The notes: generated by a model from the letters alone, not told the origin. DNA of 40,009 bases from an uncultured Flavobacteriaceae bacterium (GCA_964587075.1 CAZPKJ010000004.1:1-40009); one strand, 5' to 3'; positions 26,179-35,561 are shown, numbered from the stretch's first letter. Program-made: numbers and translations.

Positions 26179-27561
26179 TTATTTCATCGTCAGTTTATCA
26201 ATATCGTTATTCACCGAAAGTATCAGCAGGCAGGTTGCGGTGCAAAAAACCGGACTGGTAATGCAATGGTGTCCGCTCCAGCTGCCATCGTTATTTTGAA
26301 TGGCCAGTAACCGGCCGCTCGTTTTATCATACCACTTTTTCCAGTCAGCATCATTACTCATAATCATTCCTTCACCCGTTTGCAGATAACTCAGGAATTC
26401 CTCACCGCCATTGTTTCCAAAGCCCGTCAAAACGTTATCATCCTGTGCCAGTTTTTTAGCCGACTTGTTTACCTGATATGCTGTAGAATATTTTCGTGCC
26501 TGCGACTCACTTACCCCTGCTTTGCGCAGATTATCCACAGTGATTTCAGCATCCTTTATTTTTCCCTCACGTTTAGCTTGCTGTACAATGTTTTTAGCTT
26601 CGGCGGTTTCTTTTGCCGATGCCCTGGTTGAGCCCGAAACGGAATAAAGAACTATTCCTGCTGCCGATTCCGTTACTACATCGTTGGTAGAAGGAGTAAT
26701 GTTGCCTTTTTGATAATCGCGTGAACTGTCAAGTATTTCTTCATCAACTTCGATACCTGCCGATTGGGCGGTTTCCAGTGCGCTTGAAGCAAACGATGAC
26801 TGCAATACTCCGGCCCAACCACTTCCTTTCTGACTGCCGTTAGCCGACTGGCCATCTTCAATTTTGTTGACACATTTTTGAATAGCCCTTTTAACCCGCT
26901 TTTTCAATTGTGGATCGTGATCGAGTTCCGAAATGATATTACTCAGGAACTGGGAAGTTAACACCACATCGATGTTAGCACCCAGCTTCGACTGGGGCTG
27001 AGTGCCGGTGAGATTGGTAATGTTCAGCGATGCATCATCAGATTCTTCTACCGATTCAAGTAAAAAGTTGAACGCTTTACGAAGATTGTTTGAGTACTTG
27101 CCCTGCTTAAGTGTTGTGCCGCCACGCTGAATGGCCATGGCTGCCATGGATGTTGTAGCCGGATCCGACTGTACCGCATGTGGGTCGCGGTTGCGTTGGT
27201 TGCTGCGACTGCCGGCGCCCCAGCCGCCATCGGGTTGTTGGGCTTCACTGAGCCAGTCGAGCCCATGTGAAATTGACGACATTACCTTGCCGGGGATTTT
27301 GTAATAGAATCCCTGGTTTACACCTTCTCCCTCAAAAGCTGTTTTAAACACGCAGCCCTTTGAAATGGGTTTTTTCTCAAGAGTTTTAATTTCTTTAACC
27401 GGTTCCAGAGGAATTTTTGCAGGTTCCGGTTTTTTGATTGGTTCTGCAGGTGCCGATACCTTTATTAAAGGTGTTTTCTTACTGGATAATCCTGCCGAAA
27501 TTAATGTTAATGAACCAGTGGCTAGCATCAGCCCGGTAATGATGAGATGTTTCGTTTTCAT
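26179..27561 (-). CDS. Membrane-anchored or secreted protein with prenyltransferase/squalene-cyclase-like (alpha/alpha toroid) repeats
   Basis: The N-terminal hydrophobic segment is MKTKHLIITGLMLATGSLTLISAGL. A Pro/Lys/Glu-rich linker follows. Motifs LDWLSEAQQPDGGWG and LLAIQNNDGSWSGH are typical of prenyltransferase/SQHop-cyclase repeats. Confidence 0.6.
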   Translation of the reverse strand: MKTKHLIITGLMLATGSLTLISAGLSSKKTPLIKVSAPAEPIKKPEPAKIPLEPVKEIKTLEKKPISKGCVFKTAFEGEGVNQGFYYKIPGKVMSSISHGLDWLSEAQQPDGGWGAGSRSNQRNRDPHAVQSDPATTSMAAMAIQRGGTTLKQGKYSNNLRKAFNFLLESVEESDDASLNITNLTGTQPQSKLGANIDVVLTSQFLSNIISELDHDPQLKKRVKRAIQKCVNKIEDGQSANGSQKGSGWAGVLQSSFASSALETAQSAGIEVDEEILDSSRDYQKGNITPSTNDVVTESAAGIVLYSVSGSTRASAKETAEAKNIVQQAKREGKIKDAEITVDNLRKAGVSESQARKYSTAYQVNKSAKKLAQDDNVLTGFGNNGGEEFLSYLQTGEGMIMSNDADWKKWYDKTSGRLLAIQNNDGSWSGHHCITSPVFCTATCLLILSVNNDIDKLTMK

Positions 27562-27643
27562 AATAATGGTGTTTTAAAGATTTACCATTATTAGATGAAA
27601 AGCCTTTTAGATTTCCATAAACCGGAAAAAAATATCAAAAAAT

Positions 27644-28681
27644 TTACGGATTCAAATACTGCAGCAACGATTCCGTGAGGCGTGAGGCCACAACGCGATT
27701 GCCTTCTACCGATAAATGGCAGTCATCGAGATACAGTTTTTCCATTTTGCCGTCCTGGTAGCTGCGCAGCGCCGAGGTAACTTCAATATAAGGTATCTCC
27801 CTTTGATCGCAGTAATTCCGTATCTGGTTGTTTGTAAGTTCCGATTTTTCCGGATCCTGGATAAGTACCTCAACTTCGAGGGGCACATATGAAATCAAAA
27901 ATTCAATGTTCTCACGTTTGCAAACAGCATGAATCTCGTCGAGATACTTTACCGTAAGGTCCCATTCTTCGCCGGGAATGGATGAGGCGGTAGGCAGTAA
28001 ATTATTAGGTACCCCCGACTTTAATTTATAATAATTATATTTTTCGGCAAATAACAAATACAATGCAGAATTCTGCTGAAGAAATGATTTTACTGAAAAT
28101 GATTGTTGTGCCTGGGCCGATGCTATATTTTCGGCCGCCGGCTTTAACATGTCCATGTTTCTTTTAAAATCATTGAAACACATTTGCAGGCAAACCATAT
28201 CGGGCTTTAAGGGCAGAATAAAATTATTCAGAACCTGTATCTGATCAATGGTTGCATGACCCGATACCGCGAAATTTATTGTTTCTGCTTTCAGTCCCTT
28301 TTCATTTAAATATTTTTCAATCAGGTTAGTGAAGCGGTCGTTCGTTTCAACACCAAATCCTTCGGTTACACTATCACCAATAAAAGCGATTCGTTTCTTC
28401 CCGTTTTTAACCGTATCGGGATTACGCTCGCGAAAGCCCATTTTATTCGTAACAAAAATAATGTCCCTGGCTGAGGTAAAAGTACTGTCGGGTACCCTCC
28501 GGTATCCCACCCTGCCACCATAAAGGGTTTTGGTATCCATCAGTACTCTTCCATCGAGGTAACTCGACCAGGTCTTTGACAATTTGGCCTGCCGGACTAT
28601 TACCTCCGCCAGTCCCAGCGCAACGGCAGTAGAAACAAGCATCAGCATGCCGTTTATAAATAACTTTTTAATGGTATTCAT
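27644..28681 (-). CDS. SGNH/GDSL family hydrolase with an N-terminal membrane anchor
   Basis: Block I is IAFIGDSVTEGFG, block III is CFNDF and block V is DDCHLS. The N-terminal helix is GMLMLVSTAVALGLAEVIV. Confidence 0.75.
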   Translation of the reverse strand: MNTIKKLFINGMLMLVSTAVALGLAEVIVRQAKLSKTWSSYLDGRVLMDTKTLYGGRVGYRRVPDSTFTSARDIIFVTNKMGFRERNPDTVKNGKKRIAFIGDSVTEGFGVETNDRFTNLIEKYLNEKGLKAETINFAVSGHATIDQIQVLNNFILPLKPDMVCLQMCFNDFKRNMDMLKPAAENIASAQAQQSFSVKSFLQQNSALYLLFAEKYNYYKLKSGVPNNLLPTASSIPGEEWDLTVKYLDEIHAVCKRENIEFLISYVPLEVEVLIQDPEKSELTNNQIRNYCDQREIPYIEVTSALRSYQDGKMEKLYLDDCHLSVEGNRVVASRLTESLLQYLNP

Positions 28682-28794
28682 TCCGGCAAAATAAAGAAAT
28701 AATTTCCATGCAAGGAATATTCAGATGAAATCAACCTTTATAAGGCAGGATGACTGTAGAAAATAATCAAATCGGGTAACGGTAACAAAATATG

Positions 28795-30522
28795 TCACAT
28801 GATTCTCGATGACGAAATCGTTATATCGGCATGCTTCCACGCTTCATGGAACCGTGACTGTGTCTCGCGGAACTTTTCCTGCTGCCCTGTTTTTTCATAA
28901 ACGTTCATCAGTCCGCGCAGGGCCCAGCCATTTTCACGGTATGTTTTCAGGTCCTGTGTATATACATCCATGGCTTTGTTGTATTTACCACCTTCAACCA
29001 AAACGGCTCCCAGATGATGTCGCACCGAAAAAAACCAGTCGGGAGGTTCATCATAATTCAGTGCATCTTCAATGGCTACAGCTTTTTCGAGCAGAATTAC
29101 CGCCTGGTCATATTTTTTTTGCCGGGCATGAATTTCTCCATCCAGAACATACATGGCTATCTCACACAAATCATAAATACTGTTTATCCCCCAAATGGTA
29201 AGTTCCCGGATGGTGGTGTCTTTTACAATCTCCCGAATGTTACCAAGGTGCTTGTTGGCTTCTTTAATTTGATTATCCGACAAGCTGGCCATGCCCTGCG
29301 CATAATGCCATATCACCGACGGATATTTCAATTCAGGGTCGGGAGCTTTAGATTTTTTTATATCATCCCACAACCCCAGTTTCACCTGAACGAACCAGGG
29401 GATACTATAATAATGCTGAAGCGTTGACCATGCCGGTTCGAGCATCAGCTTTTTATGCGCATGCCAGGAGGTGGCGTTTGCTCCAATCACAGCTGCTTTA
29501 CTTTCGCCGCTGAAGGTGGCACAAGCCGAAATGAAATGATAATTGTGCGGATAATATGCCAGCGGATAAACCCCCTGTGCATGACAGGCCTCGGTATAAA
29601 GGCTGTCAACTTCAACGGCTTTCTGGTTTGCCACCACACCGTCATGATATCTGCCGGTGCGGATATAGGTATGCGATGGCATGTGAACCAGGTGTCCGGA
29701 GCCGGGAACCAGATCGCGTAATAAATCGGCACTGGCCATGGAACGTTCGGCAGTATTCGACATTTCAACGGCATGTATGTAAAAATGGTTGGCGCCGGCA
29801 TGGCGCGGGTCATTTTTGATTGCGTTCTCTAGTACTTCAATAATCTCCGGTGTCCATGGTTGTGCTTCACCGTTTTTGGTGAACAGATTCCATGGGTGGA
29901 GGTCCATCAGCGACTCAGCATATAATGCAGCAATGTTAACATCGGCGGGATATTTCTGATACACTTTTTTCATCGCTGCCGCATACAACGAATCAAGTAC
30001 AGGGCGGGCAACGGATGTATCATTACTGTACCGGAACGAAAGTGCTTCAATAAGCGCCTGTTCTTTTTCTGTACAGTTCGATGATGTAGCCTTCGCTTTG
30101 GTAACAGCATTGAAAGCCCTTTCAAAATTATCGGGCTCCATGCCCGCATTGTAGTTGGGCCCCAGCACATACGCAAATCCCCACCAGCACATGGCACAGG
30201 TGGAGTCGAGGCGCGCAGCTTCAAAAAACGATCTGCCCGCTTCAGCATGATTAAAGCCAAATGCCAGCATAAGCCCCTGTTCAAAATATTTTTGTGATTC
30301 GGGATTTTTAGTGGTAACGGGGAAAACAATTCCATCAAGTCCGCTGAATAATGGCGCTTTCCTTCCTGAAGTATACCACGCGGTGTCAAGAATTTCGGGA
30401 GCGCAGCAACCATATGGCATGTCGTTATTCCCTTTTCCGCTTTCAGTTATTTGTTCGTTGCCCGATTGTCTGCATGCCGCAACGGCAAACAGCAAAATAA
30501 AAATGTAAGATAATGTGCGCAT
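28795..30522 (-). CDS. TPR-like lipoprotein of unknown function with conserved-looking Cys and His clusters
   Basis: The lipobox is LLFAVAAC. Helical-repeat-like sequence runs throughout. Motifs are YGCCAPE, CAMCWWGFAYVLGPNYN, ANHFYIHAVEMS, GSGHLVHMPSHTYIRTGRYHD and YYPHNYHF. Confidence 0.55.
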   Translation of the reverse strand: MRTLSYIFILLFAVAACRQSGNEQITESGKGNNDMPYGCCAPEILDTAWYTSGRKAPLFSGLDGIVFPVTTKNPESQKYFEQGLMLAFGFNHAEAGRSFFEAARLDSTCAMCWWGFAYVLGPNYNAGMEPDNFERAFNAVTKAKATSSNCTEKEQALIEALSFRYSNDTSVARPVLDSLYAAAMKKVYQKYPADVNIAALYAESLMDLHPWNLFTKNGEAQPWTPEIIEVLENAIKNDPRHAGANHFYIHAVEMSNTAERSMASADLLRDLVPGSGHLVHMPSHTYIRTGRYHDGVVANQKAVEVDSLYTEACHAQGVYPLAYYPHNYHFISACATFSGESKAAVIGANATSWHAHKKLMLEPAWSTLQHYYSIPWFVQVKLGLWDDIKKSKAPDPELKYPSVIWHYAQGMASLSDNQIKEANKHLGNIREIVKDTTIRELTIWGINSIYDLCEIAMYVLDGEIHARQKKYDQAVILLEKAVAIEDALNYDEPPDWFFSVRHHLGAVLVEGGKYNKAMDVYTQDLKTYRENGWALRGLMNVYEKTGQQEKFRETQSRFHEAWKHADITISSSRIM

Positions 30523-30636
30523 AACCGTTATTTTTAATGTTAGTAATAAAATCCTTTATCATTGAATGTATGAGAGGTCTCAATAAAAAAATCAATGCTG
30601 TATTACACGGATGGCAGTAGTCGGTAATGGAGCGCG

Positions 30637-30987
30637 TTATTTGTTTTTCTTTTTTTCCTTGTATGACTTAGCTTTCTTGTTAAACTGAATGGCTAAATCA
30701 ATCCATGTATCAAAATCTTTTTTCTTTTTCATGCCTTCCGGTTCAATCATTACCCATCCTTTCATGGGCCTGCCAGTAAAATCCATCTCACGGCATCCCG
30801 GTTTTTCCAGGGCGGATTCATAAAGTTCAGGATCAATACGGCACATCATCTCATCGGCAATTACACCCACACACATTTTGCCATGGTATAAAAAAGTGAT
30901 GCCTCCCATCATTTCCCGCTCTTCCACTTTAGTGAGATGCTCAAAACGTTCACGGATTCGTGACGCAAGTTTTTTGTCATAAGCCAT
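30637..30987 (-). CDS. TfoX/Sxy N-terminal-domain protein
   Basis: The sequence MAYDKKLASRIRERFEHLTKVEEREMMGGITFLYHGKMCVGVIADEMMCRIDPE...FTGRPMKGWVMIEPEG fits the TfoX_N pattern. The start is trimmed from the track position 31020 to the ATG at 30987. Confidence 0.7.
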   Translation of the reverse strand: MAYDKKLASRIRERFEHLTKVEEREMMGGITFLYHGKMCVGVIADEMMCRIDPELYESALEKPGCREMDFTGRPMKGWVMIEPEGMKKKKDFDTWIDLAIQFNKKAKSYKEKKKNK

Positions 30988-31090
30988 GAGTAAATTTAAA
31001 AAGAACCCGACAAAAAACAAAAAACCAACCGTTCGTGAATTGAAATTAATTCCCTAAAAATCAATTGAATCCTTAAGCAAATTGTCAGGG

Positions 31091-33508
31091 TCAGAAATTT
31101 CCCCGAATTGTCATCACCAGGTTTCGTCCCGGCGCCCCAATATTGGAAGCAAACACCCGGTAATGGTTATCGGTAATGTTTTCAAATGCAACATGTAGTC
31201 CCAGCTGCCGGTTAAACTGATAACCGCATCGGATATTTAAAGTAAACCATGCGGGCATATATCCCCTGGCGGGATCAGCAGAGTATGCATGATTATCTTC
31301 ACCAATGAGATTATAATCTTTTGACTTTTTAGCGCCATGATACATTACAAAAAACTCACCTTTAAATTTTTTGAGTTTTACGATGAAACTTGTTTTACCA
31401 AAAAGCGGAGGTATGTGGTCGAGTGGATATGCGGAAGAGTCGGTTTTAATGCGGCCAAAGGTATAGTTTAGGGATGAGGTAATTGAAAATTCGGGGGTAA
31501 TACCCGCCTGCAAGTAAGCATTCCAGCCATAGATATAAGCTTCCGAAATATTGTCGTTGCGTTTGACCTGACTAAGTTGACCCGCGTAAAAAACCGAATC
31601 GGAACCGTTGTATGTCCCCGGAACAGTAGTTATGGCATCTACATACCAGGTGTAATATCCGTTTCCGCCAAGGGTGATTGCTTCATTAAATACTTTCGAA
31701 ATGCCCGATTCAAGGGTATAGGTGTATTCAGGTTTTATGTCGGGGTTTGGAACTATGATCTGGCCTGGATTGGATTCAAAAACTTTACTCAAATCATCCA
31801 CGTTTGGCGCCCTGAATCCCGACGAGCCCAATACGGTGAACCGCCACGAATGAAACGGCATATATACAATACCGATATGCCCGTTTAACGCGGTGTTTTT
31901 TTGAGTTACTTCCGAAAAAGGAAAATTGAAAAAAGTTGTATCATCAAAACGCGAATGCAATCCCACGTAACTGAACCTCAGACCGCTGTTTAAGATAGTT
32001 TTTTTACTAAACTCATAGGCATGGGTCAAATAACCCGCCAGGCCCTGCATGGTTGAACCACCATCGGGATAGCGGGTGTCGAGAGTTTCGGTAACCCCGG
32101 TTTCAATATTTTGTGCAAACGCCGACGATTCCACCCCGTTGTGGTAAGCTTCAAAGCCATATCGTATTTCGTGCGACTTTACCGACTTTGTAAAATCGGC
32201 ATTTAGTGTAATAATATCAAGGATTTCTTTCCGGTTGTTCCGCACGGGATTATTGTACCGGCGATCGTGCCGGCTTTCTTCAATGCGCTGATATCCTGCT
32301 ACAATTTTTCCATGACTGAAAAATCCTTTCAGTCCGTCAAAGTTTAAAGTATAGCTACCAAAAACACGTACCTGAGGACCATAGTACCATTCTGCAAACC
32401 TTGGAATGTTGTTCTGCTGTAAGGTCAGCCTGTCGTAACGGGGAATGTCGGAAGTAGTAGAATATTGAAAGTTGAATACGTGATTTATTTTATCATTTTG
32501 TTGAATCAGAAATTTTTGCAGTACATCGTATTGTTTGTACCCCGACTGCTTCTGAATGTTCGGGTTATCATTAACCAGTATGGAGTCGCGATCGTTTTTT
32601 CGTTCAACATACCATAAACGCTTGCCCCAGTCGCCATAAAAAGGATTTCGCTGCGCGCCCTGCCTTAAATCGTCAAAGTCGGAAAAGGTAACAGAGGTTA
32701 GGGATGCAATTTTTTTAAATCCCAGGTTAAAATCAAAATGTCCGGTTTCTTCTTTCGCCGCCGTGGCATAACGAATATAAGCGTTGGCATTGGTTTTCAT
32801 TTTACCCGGTTCCGATAACAATGATGGGTCCCGGGTATAAAAATGCATGACCCCTCCCAGCGCATCGCTGCCATATACTACCGAACCGGGACCAAAAACA
32901 ATTTCAACCTTTTCCATGATAGCATGATCGAGTGTGATAACATTTTGCAAATGTCCGCCACGGTAAATAGCGTTATTCATACGAACACCATCGACCACTA
33001 TAAGCACCTTATTGGTTTCAAAGCCACGTATAATAGGACTGCCTCCTCCCTGCTGGCTTTTTTGAACCATAACGTTTCCGGTGCTTTGAAGTACTTCGGC
33101 GCTGGTTGGCTGATTGATAAAAGCCAGGTCTTTCGATTTAATTACTTCAACCGGTTGCGCAATATCTTTTACCGGCTCTTCAAAACGGCTTGCCGATACA
33201 ACTATTTCATTCAATGGAAGCGAATGCTCCGATAAGAATATTTTGTATTGCTGCTTTTCGATTTCTGCGAAAGAAATTGCCTGCGGTAAATAACCCAGAT
33301 GGCTGATTAATATTTTATCGGATCCTCTGAAAAACGAAATTTCGGCCAGTCCCTGTTTATTGGTTGTTGCGGATGCTTCGGGCAGCTTGCTCAGTAAAAC
33401 AACATCGCTTAATGGAGCAAGAGTGACTTTATCCACAACTTTGACGGTTTGTGAGTTGCCGGAAAAGCATATTACAACAAGCAGGCTTAATAACGATATT
33501 GTCCTCAT
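31091..33508 (-). CDS. TonB-dependent outer-membrane receptor with an N-terminal carboxypeptidase-regulatory-like domain
   Basis: After the signal peptide MRTISLLSLLVVICFSGNSQ comes a CarboxypepD_reg-like start (TVKVVDKVTLAPLSDVVL). The plug motifs are GGGSPIIRGFETNKVLIVVDGVRMNN. A GFRAPNVDDL motif is present, and the C-terminus ends in the aromatic ...TIRGNF. Confidence 0.85.
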   Translation of the reverse strand: MRTISLLSLLVVICFSGNSQTVKVVDKVTLAPLSDVVLLSKLPEASATTNKQGLAEISFFRGSDKILISHLGYLPQAISFAEIEKQQYKIFLSEHSLPLNEIVVSASRFEEPVKDIAQPVEVIKSKDLAFINQPTSAEVLQSTGNVMVQKSQQGGGSPIIRGFETNKVLIVVDGVRMNNAIYRGGHLQNVITLDHAIMEKVEIVFGPGSVVYGSDALGGVMHFYTRDPSLLSEPGKMKTNANAYIRYATAAKEETGHFDFNLGFKKIASLTSVTFSDFDDLRQGAQRNPFYGDWGKRLWYVERKNDRDSILVNDNPNIQKQSGYKQYDVLQKFLIQQNDKINHVFNFQYSTTSDIPRYDRLTLQQNNIPRFAEWYYGPQVRVFGSYTLNFDGLKGFFSHGKIVAGYQRIEESRHDRRYNNPVRNNRKEILDIITLNADFTKSVKSHEIRYGFEAYHNGVESSAFAQNIETGVTETLDTRYPDGGSTMQGLAGYLTHAYEFSKKTILNSGLRFSYVGLHSRFDDTTFFNFPFSEVTQKNTALNGHIGIVYMPFHSWRFTVLGSSGFRAPNVDDLSKVFESNPGQIIVPNPDIKPEYTYTLESGISKVFNEAITLGGNGYYTWYVDAITTVPGTYNGSDSVFYAGQLSQVKRNDNISEAYIYGWNAYLQAGITPEFSITSSLNYTFGRIKTDSSAYPLDHIPPLFGKTSFIVKLKKFKGEFFVMYHGAKKSKDYNLIGEDNHAYSADPARGYMPAWFTLNIRCGYQFNRQLGLHVAFENITDNHYRVFASNIGAPGRNLVMTIRGNF

Positions 33509-33861
33509 ATATTTTGAAATGATGTAATTCAGTGCTTCACTTATCCGCGAAAGCTATATAAAATACAGGCTTTACCCGCTAACATGTTTTACAGGCCCGG
33601 GTTTAAATAAATGACAGGGAGTTTTAATCGGATTTCATTGGGATAAAAATAGCGATAATCCGTGACAAATATTCACCTGTCATGAAATGAATAAGGTGTA
33701 CAGGCTCCGGTACTCAACGGTATCCAGCGTTAGGTAAGTTTGATATTATCGTGAAATCGTTGTATTTAATAATGAATTTTTCGTTTTTAATGCTGAGAGA
33801 TTTAAAACCATTGTATAAACTAACTTTTTCAAATATATTTGGAAATCTAAAACCAACTTAC

Positions 33862-35502
33862 ATGAAAAAATTATACCTGGCATTTTCATTCACTTTTGCA
33901 CTTTACGGAAATGTTGCTTCTCAGTGCACCGAAACCCCGGTAGAGCGGGTTATGCTTATCGGCGACAGCTGGGCGGCTATGATGGGAACCGACAACACCA
34001 TTAACAGTGTGCTTCAAAACTGGGGCCATTCGGGGTATAAGTTTTATACCAACAGTACGTTATCGGAAAATGGCACCAAAACAACCGATTTTCTGCAACC
34101 GGCACGGCTGGCTGAAATCCAGAATCAGCTGACGGCAAGGCCAACCATCGATTTTGTTCACCTGAGCATAGGTGGAAATGATGTTTTGAATACCTGGCAT
34201 AAGTCGTGGTCGCAGGCAAAAACCGATTCCCTGCTCGATTCGGTTCAGGCACGTTTGGTTGCTATCATCGATTTTATTAAAGTCGCCAGACCGGGTATCA
34301 AAATTCTCTGGTCGGGTTATGCTTACCCAAATTTTGGTGAAATTATTGGCGAAATGGCGCCGTTTCAAACCACTCACCCCTTTTATCCTACCTGGAACGG
34401 AATGGGCCAGCCAACTTTTGCTGAACTCAACGGACTGCTCAATTATTTTTCGGATGCCATTCAAATAATGGCCGACAACGATCCTCAGGTTGAATTTGTT
34501 ATGGCTACAGGCGTACTCCAGTATACTTTCGGGCAAACCGCCAATCTTAGTGTGCCACCTGGAGGAAACTATCCTGCGTATACTGCCCCGCTGCCATTAG
34601 GATTTCCTAATTACCCCTCTCCAAAGCCGGCTATGAGGAATTACGTGTTGTTTCGTGATTGTTTCCATCTTTCAGCACAGGGATTCAGCGATTTTGTGAG
34701 TTATCATGCACGGAAGTATTATCAAAAAGCCATGATGGACGACCAGTACTTTATATCGGAAGGCGGTACACAGGATGGTTCTGTTTCGTCCCAGGGCAAC
34801 GTTTCATCGGTTCTTCAGGTTGGGAGCAGTGCCGGAGAGGAGTTTCAAACGGTTCTTACTTTCAACACTACTTTGATGCCCGATACAGGTGTTTCGGCTG
34901 CCAGCATTTTCCTGATGAGAACGGGTTTGACAGGAGCTAATCCGGTAAATTCAACCATGCAGTTGAATATTGTAAGTGGCAACTTCGGCGCATCGGTGGA
35001 TGTTGAGCCCGTTGATTTTAGTGCTACTGGTAATGCCGGCGGCTCGCCATGCCAGTTTGGAGTAGCGGGCACCAATGGATCCTGGGTTCGCCTCGACATC
35101 CCACAGGCATTGCTGCCGTACATGCAACAAACAGCTGGCACCCAGTTTATCCTGTCGGCCCCGGGTGCCACCGGACTGGTAACTTTTGCCGATGCAACCG
35201 ACCCTGAATTTGCACCTGTTCTCAATATAACATATGGTATCAATACAGTAGGCGTACCTGCCGTACCGGCAATTTCCAATATAGTTTTGTTCCCTAATCC
35301 TGCCAAAGGGTTTGTATATATCAATACAAATGGAAGTGAAATAAAAACGGTTGAAATAACAGATGTAACCGGCAAATCGATTTTAACACAGCAGAACCCG
35401 GGTGATTATTTCGACTTAAGCGCTGAGCCTGCAGGTTTATTCTTTTTTAAAATAACCACAAACGAGGGTATGGTTACGGTAAAGAAAGTAATGAAATATT
35501 AG
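33862..35502 (+). CDS. SGNH/GDSL hydrolase with a T9SS type A sorting domain
   Basis: The ATG at 33862 gives MKKLYLAFSFTFALYGNVASQ (signal peptide). Block I is MLIGDSWAAM, block III is SIGGNDVLN and block V is RDCFHLS. The C-terminus (VLFPNPAKGFVYINTNG...GLFFFKITTNEGMVTVKKVMKY) is a T9SS type A tail. Confidence 0.75.
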   Translation: MKKLYLAFSFTFALYGNVASQCTETPVERVMLIGDSWAAMMGTDNTINSVLQNWGHSGYKFYTNSTLSENGTKTTDFLQPARLAEIQNQLTARPTIDFVHLSIGGNDVLNTWHKSWSQAKTDSLLDSVQARLVAIIDFIKVARPGIKILWSGYAYPNFGEIIGEMAPFQTTHPFYPTWNGMGQPTFAELNGLLNYFSDAIQIMADNDPQVEFVMATGVLQYTFGQTANLSVPPGGNYPAYTAPLPLGFPNYPSPKPAMRNYVLFRDCFHLSAQGFSDFVSYHARKYYQKAMMDDQYFISEGGTQDGSVSSQGNVSSVLQVGSSAGEEFQTVLTFNTTLMPDTGVSAASIFLMRTGLTGANPVNSTMQLNIVSGNFGASVDVEPVDFSATGNAGGSPCQFGVAGTNGSWVRLDIPQALLPYMQQTAGTQFILSAPGATGLVTFADATDPEFAPVLNITYGINTVGVPAVPAISNIVLFPNPAKGFVYINTNGSEIKTVEITDVTGKSILTQQNPGDYFDLSAEPAGLFFFKITTNEGMVTVKKVMKY

Positions 35503-35521
35503 GAGAAATGAAGAGTAACGG

Positions 35522-35561
35522 GCGGCCGGTAGTTTTAAATTACCGGCCGCTTCTGTTTTTT
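35522..35561 (+). terminator. Intrinsic terminator
   Basis: GCGGCCGGTA (35522-35531) pairs with TACCGGCCGC (35541-35550) across a 9-nt loop. TTCTGTTTTTT follows. The element starts 20 nt after the stop at 35502. Confidence 0.85.

Noticed and set aside
33509-33750. A possible cobalamin or TPP riboswitch, or a Fur box, upstream of the TonB-dependent receptor.
   Set aside because: I found no B12 box (GCCACTG) and no THI-box core (CTGAGA … ACCTGA) on either strand. Only two isolated GATAAT hexamers are present (33654-33659, and the complement of 33745-33750). They are too far apart to form a 19-bp Fur box.
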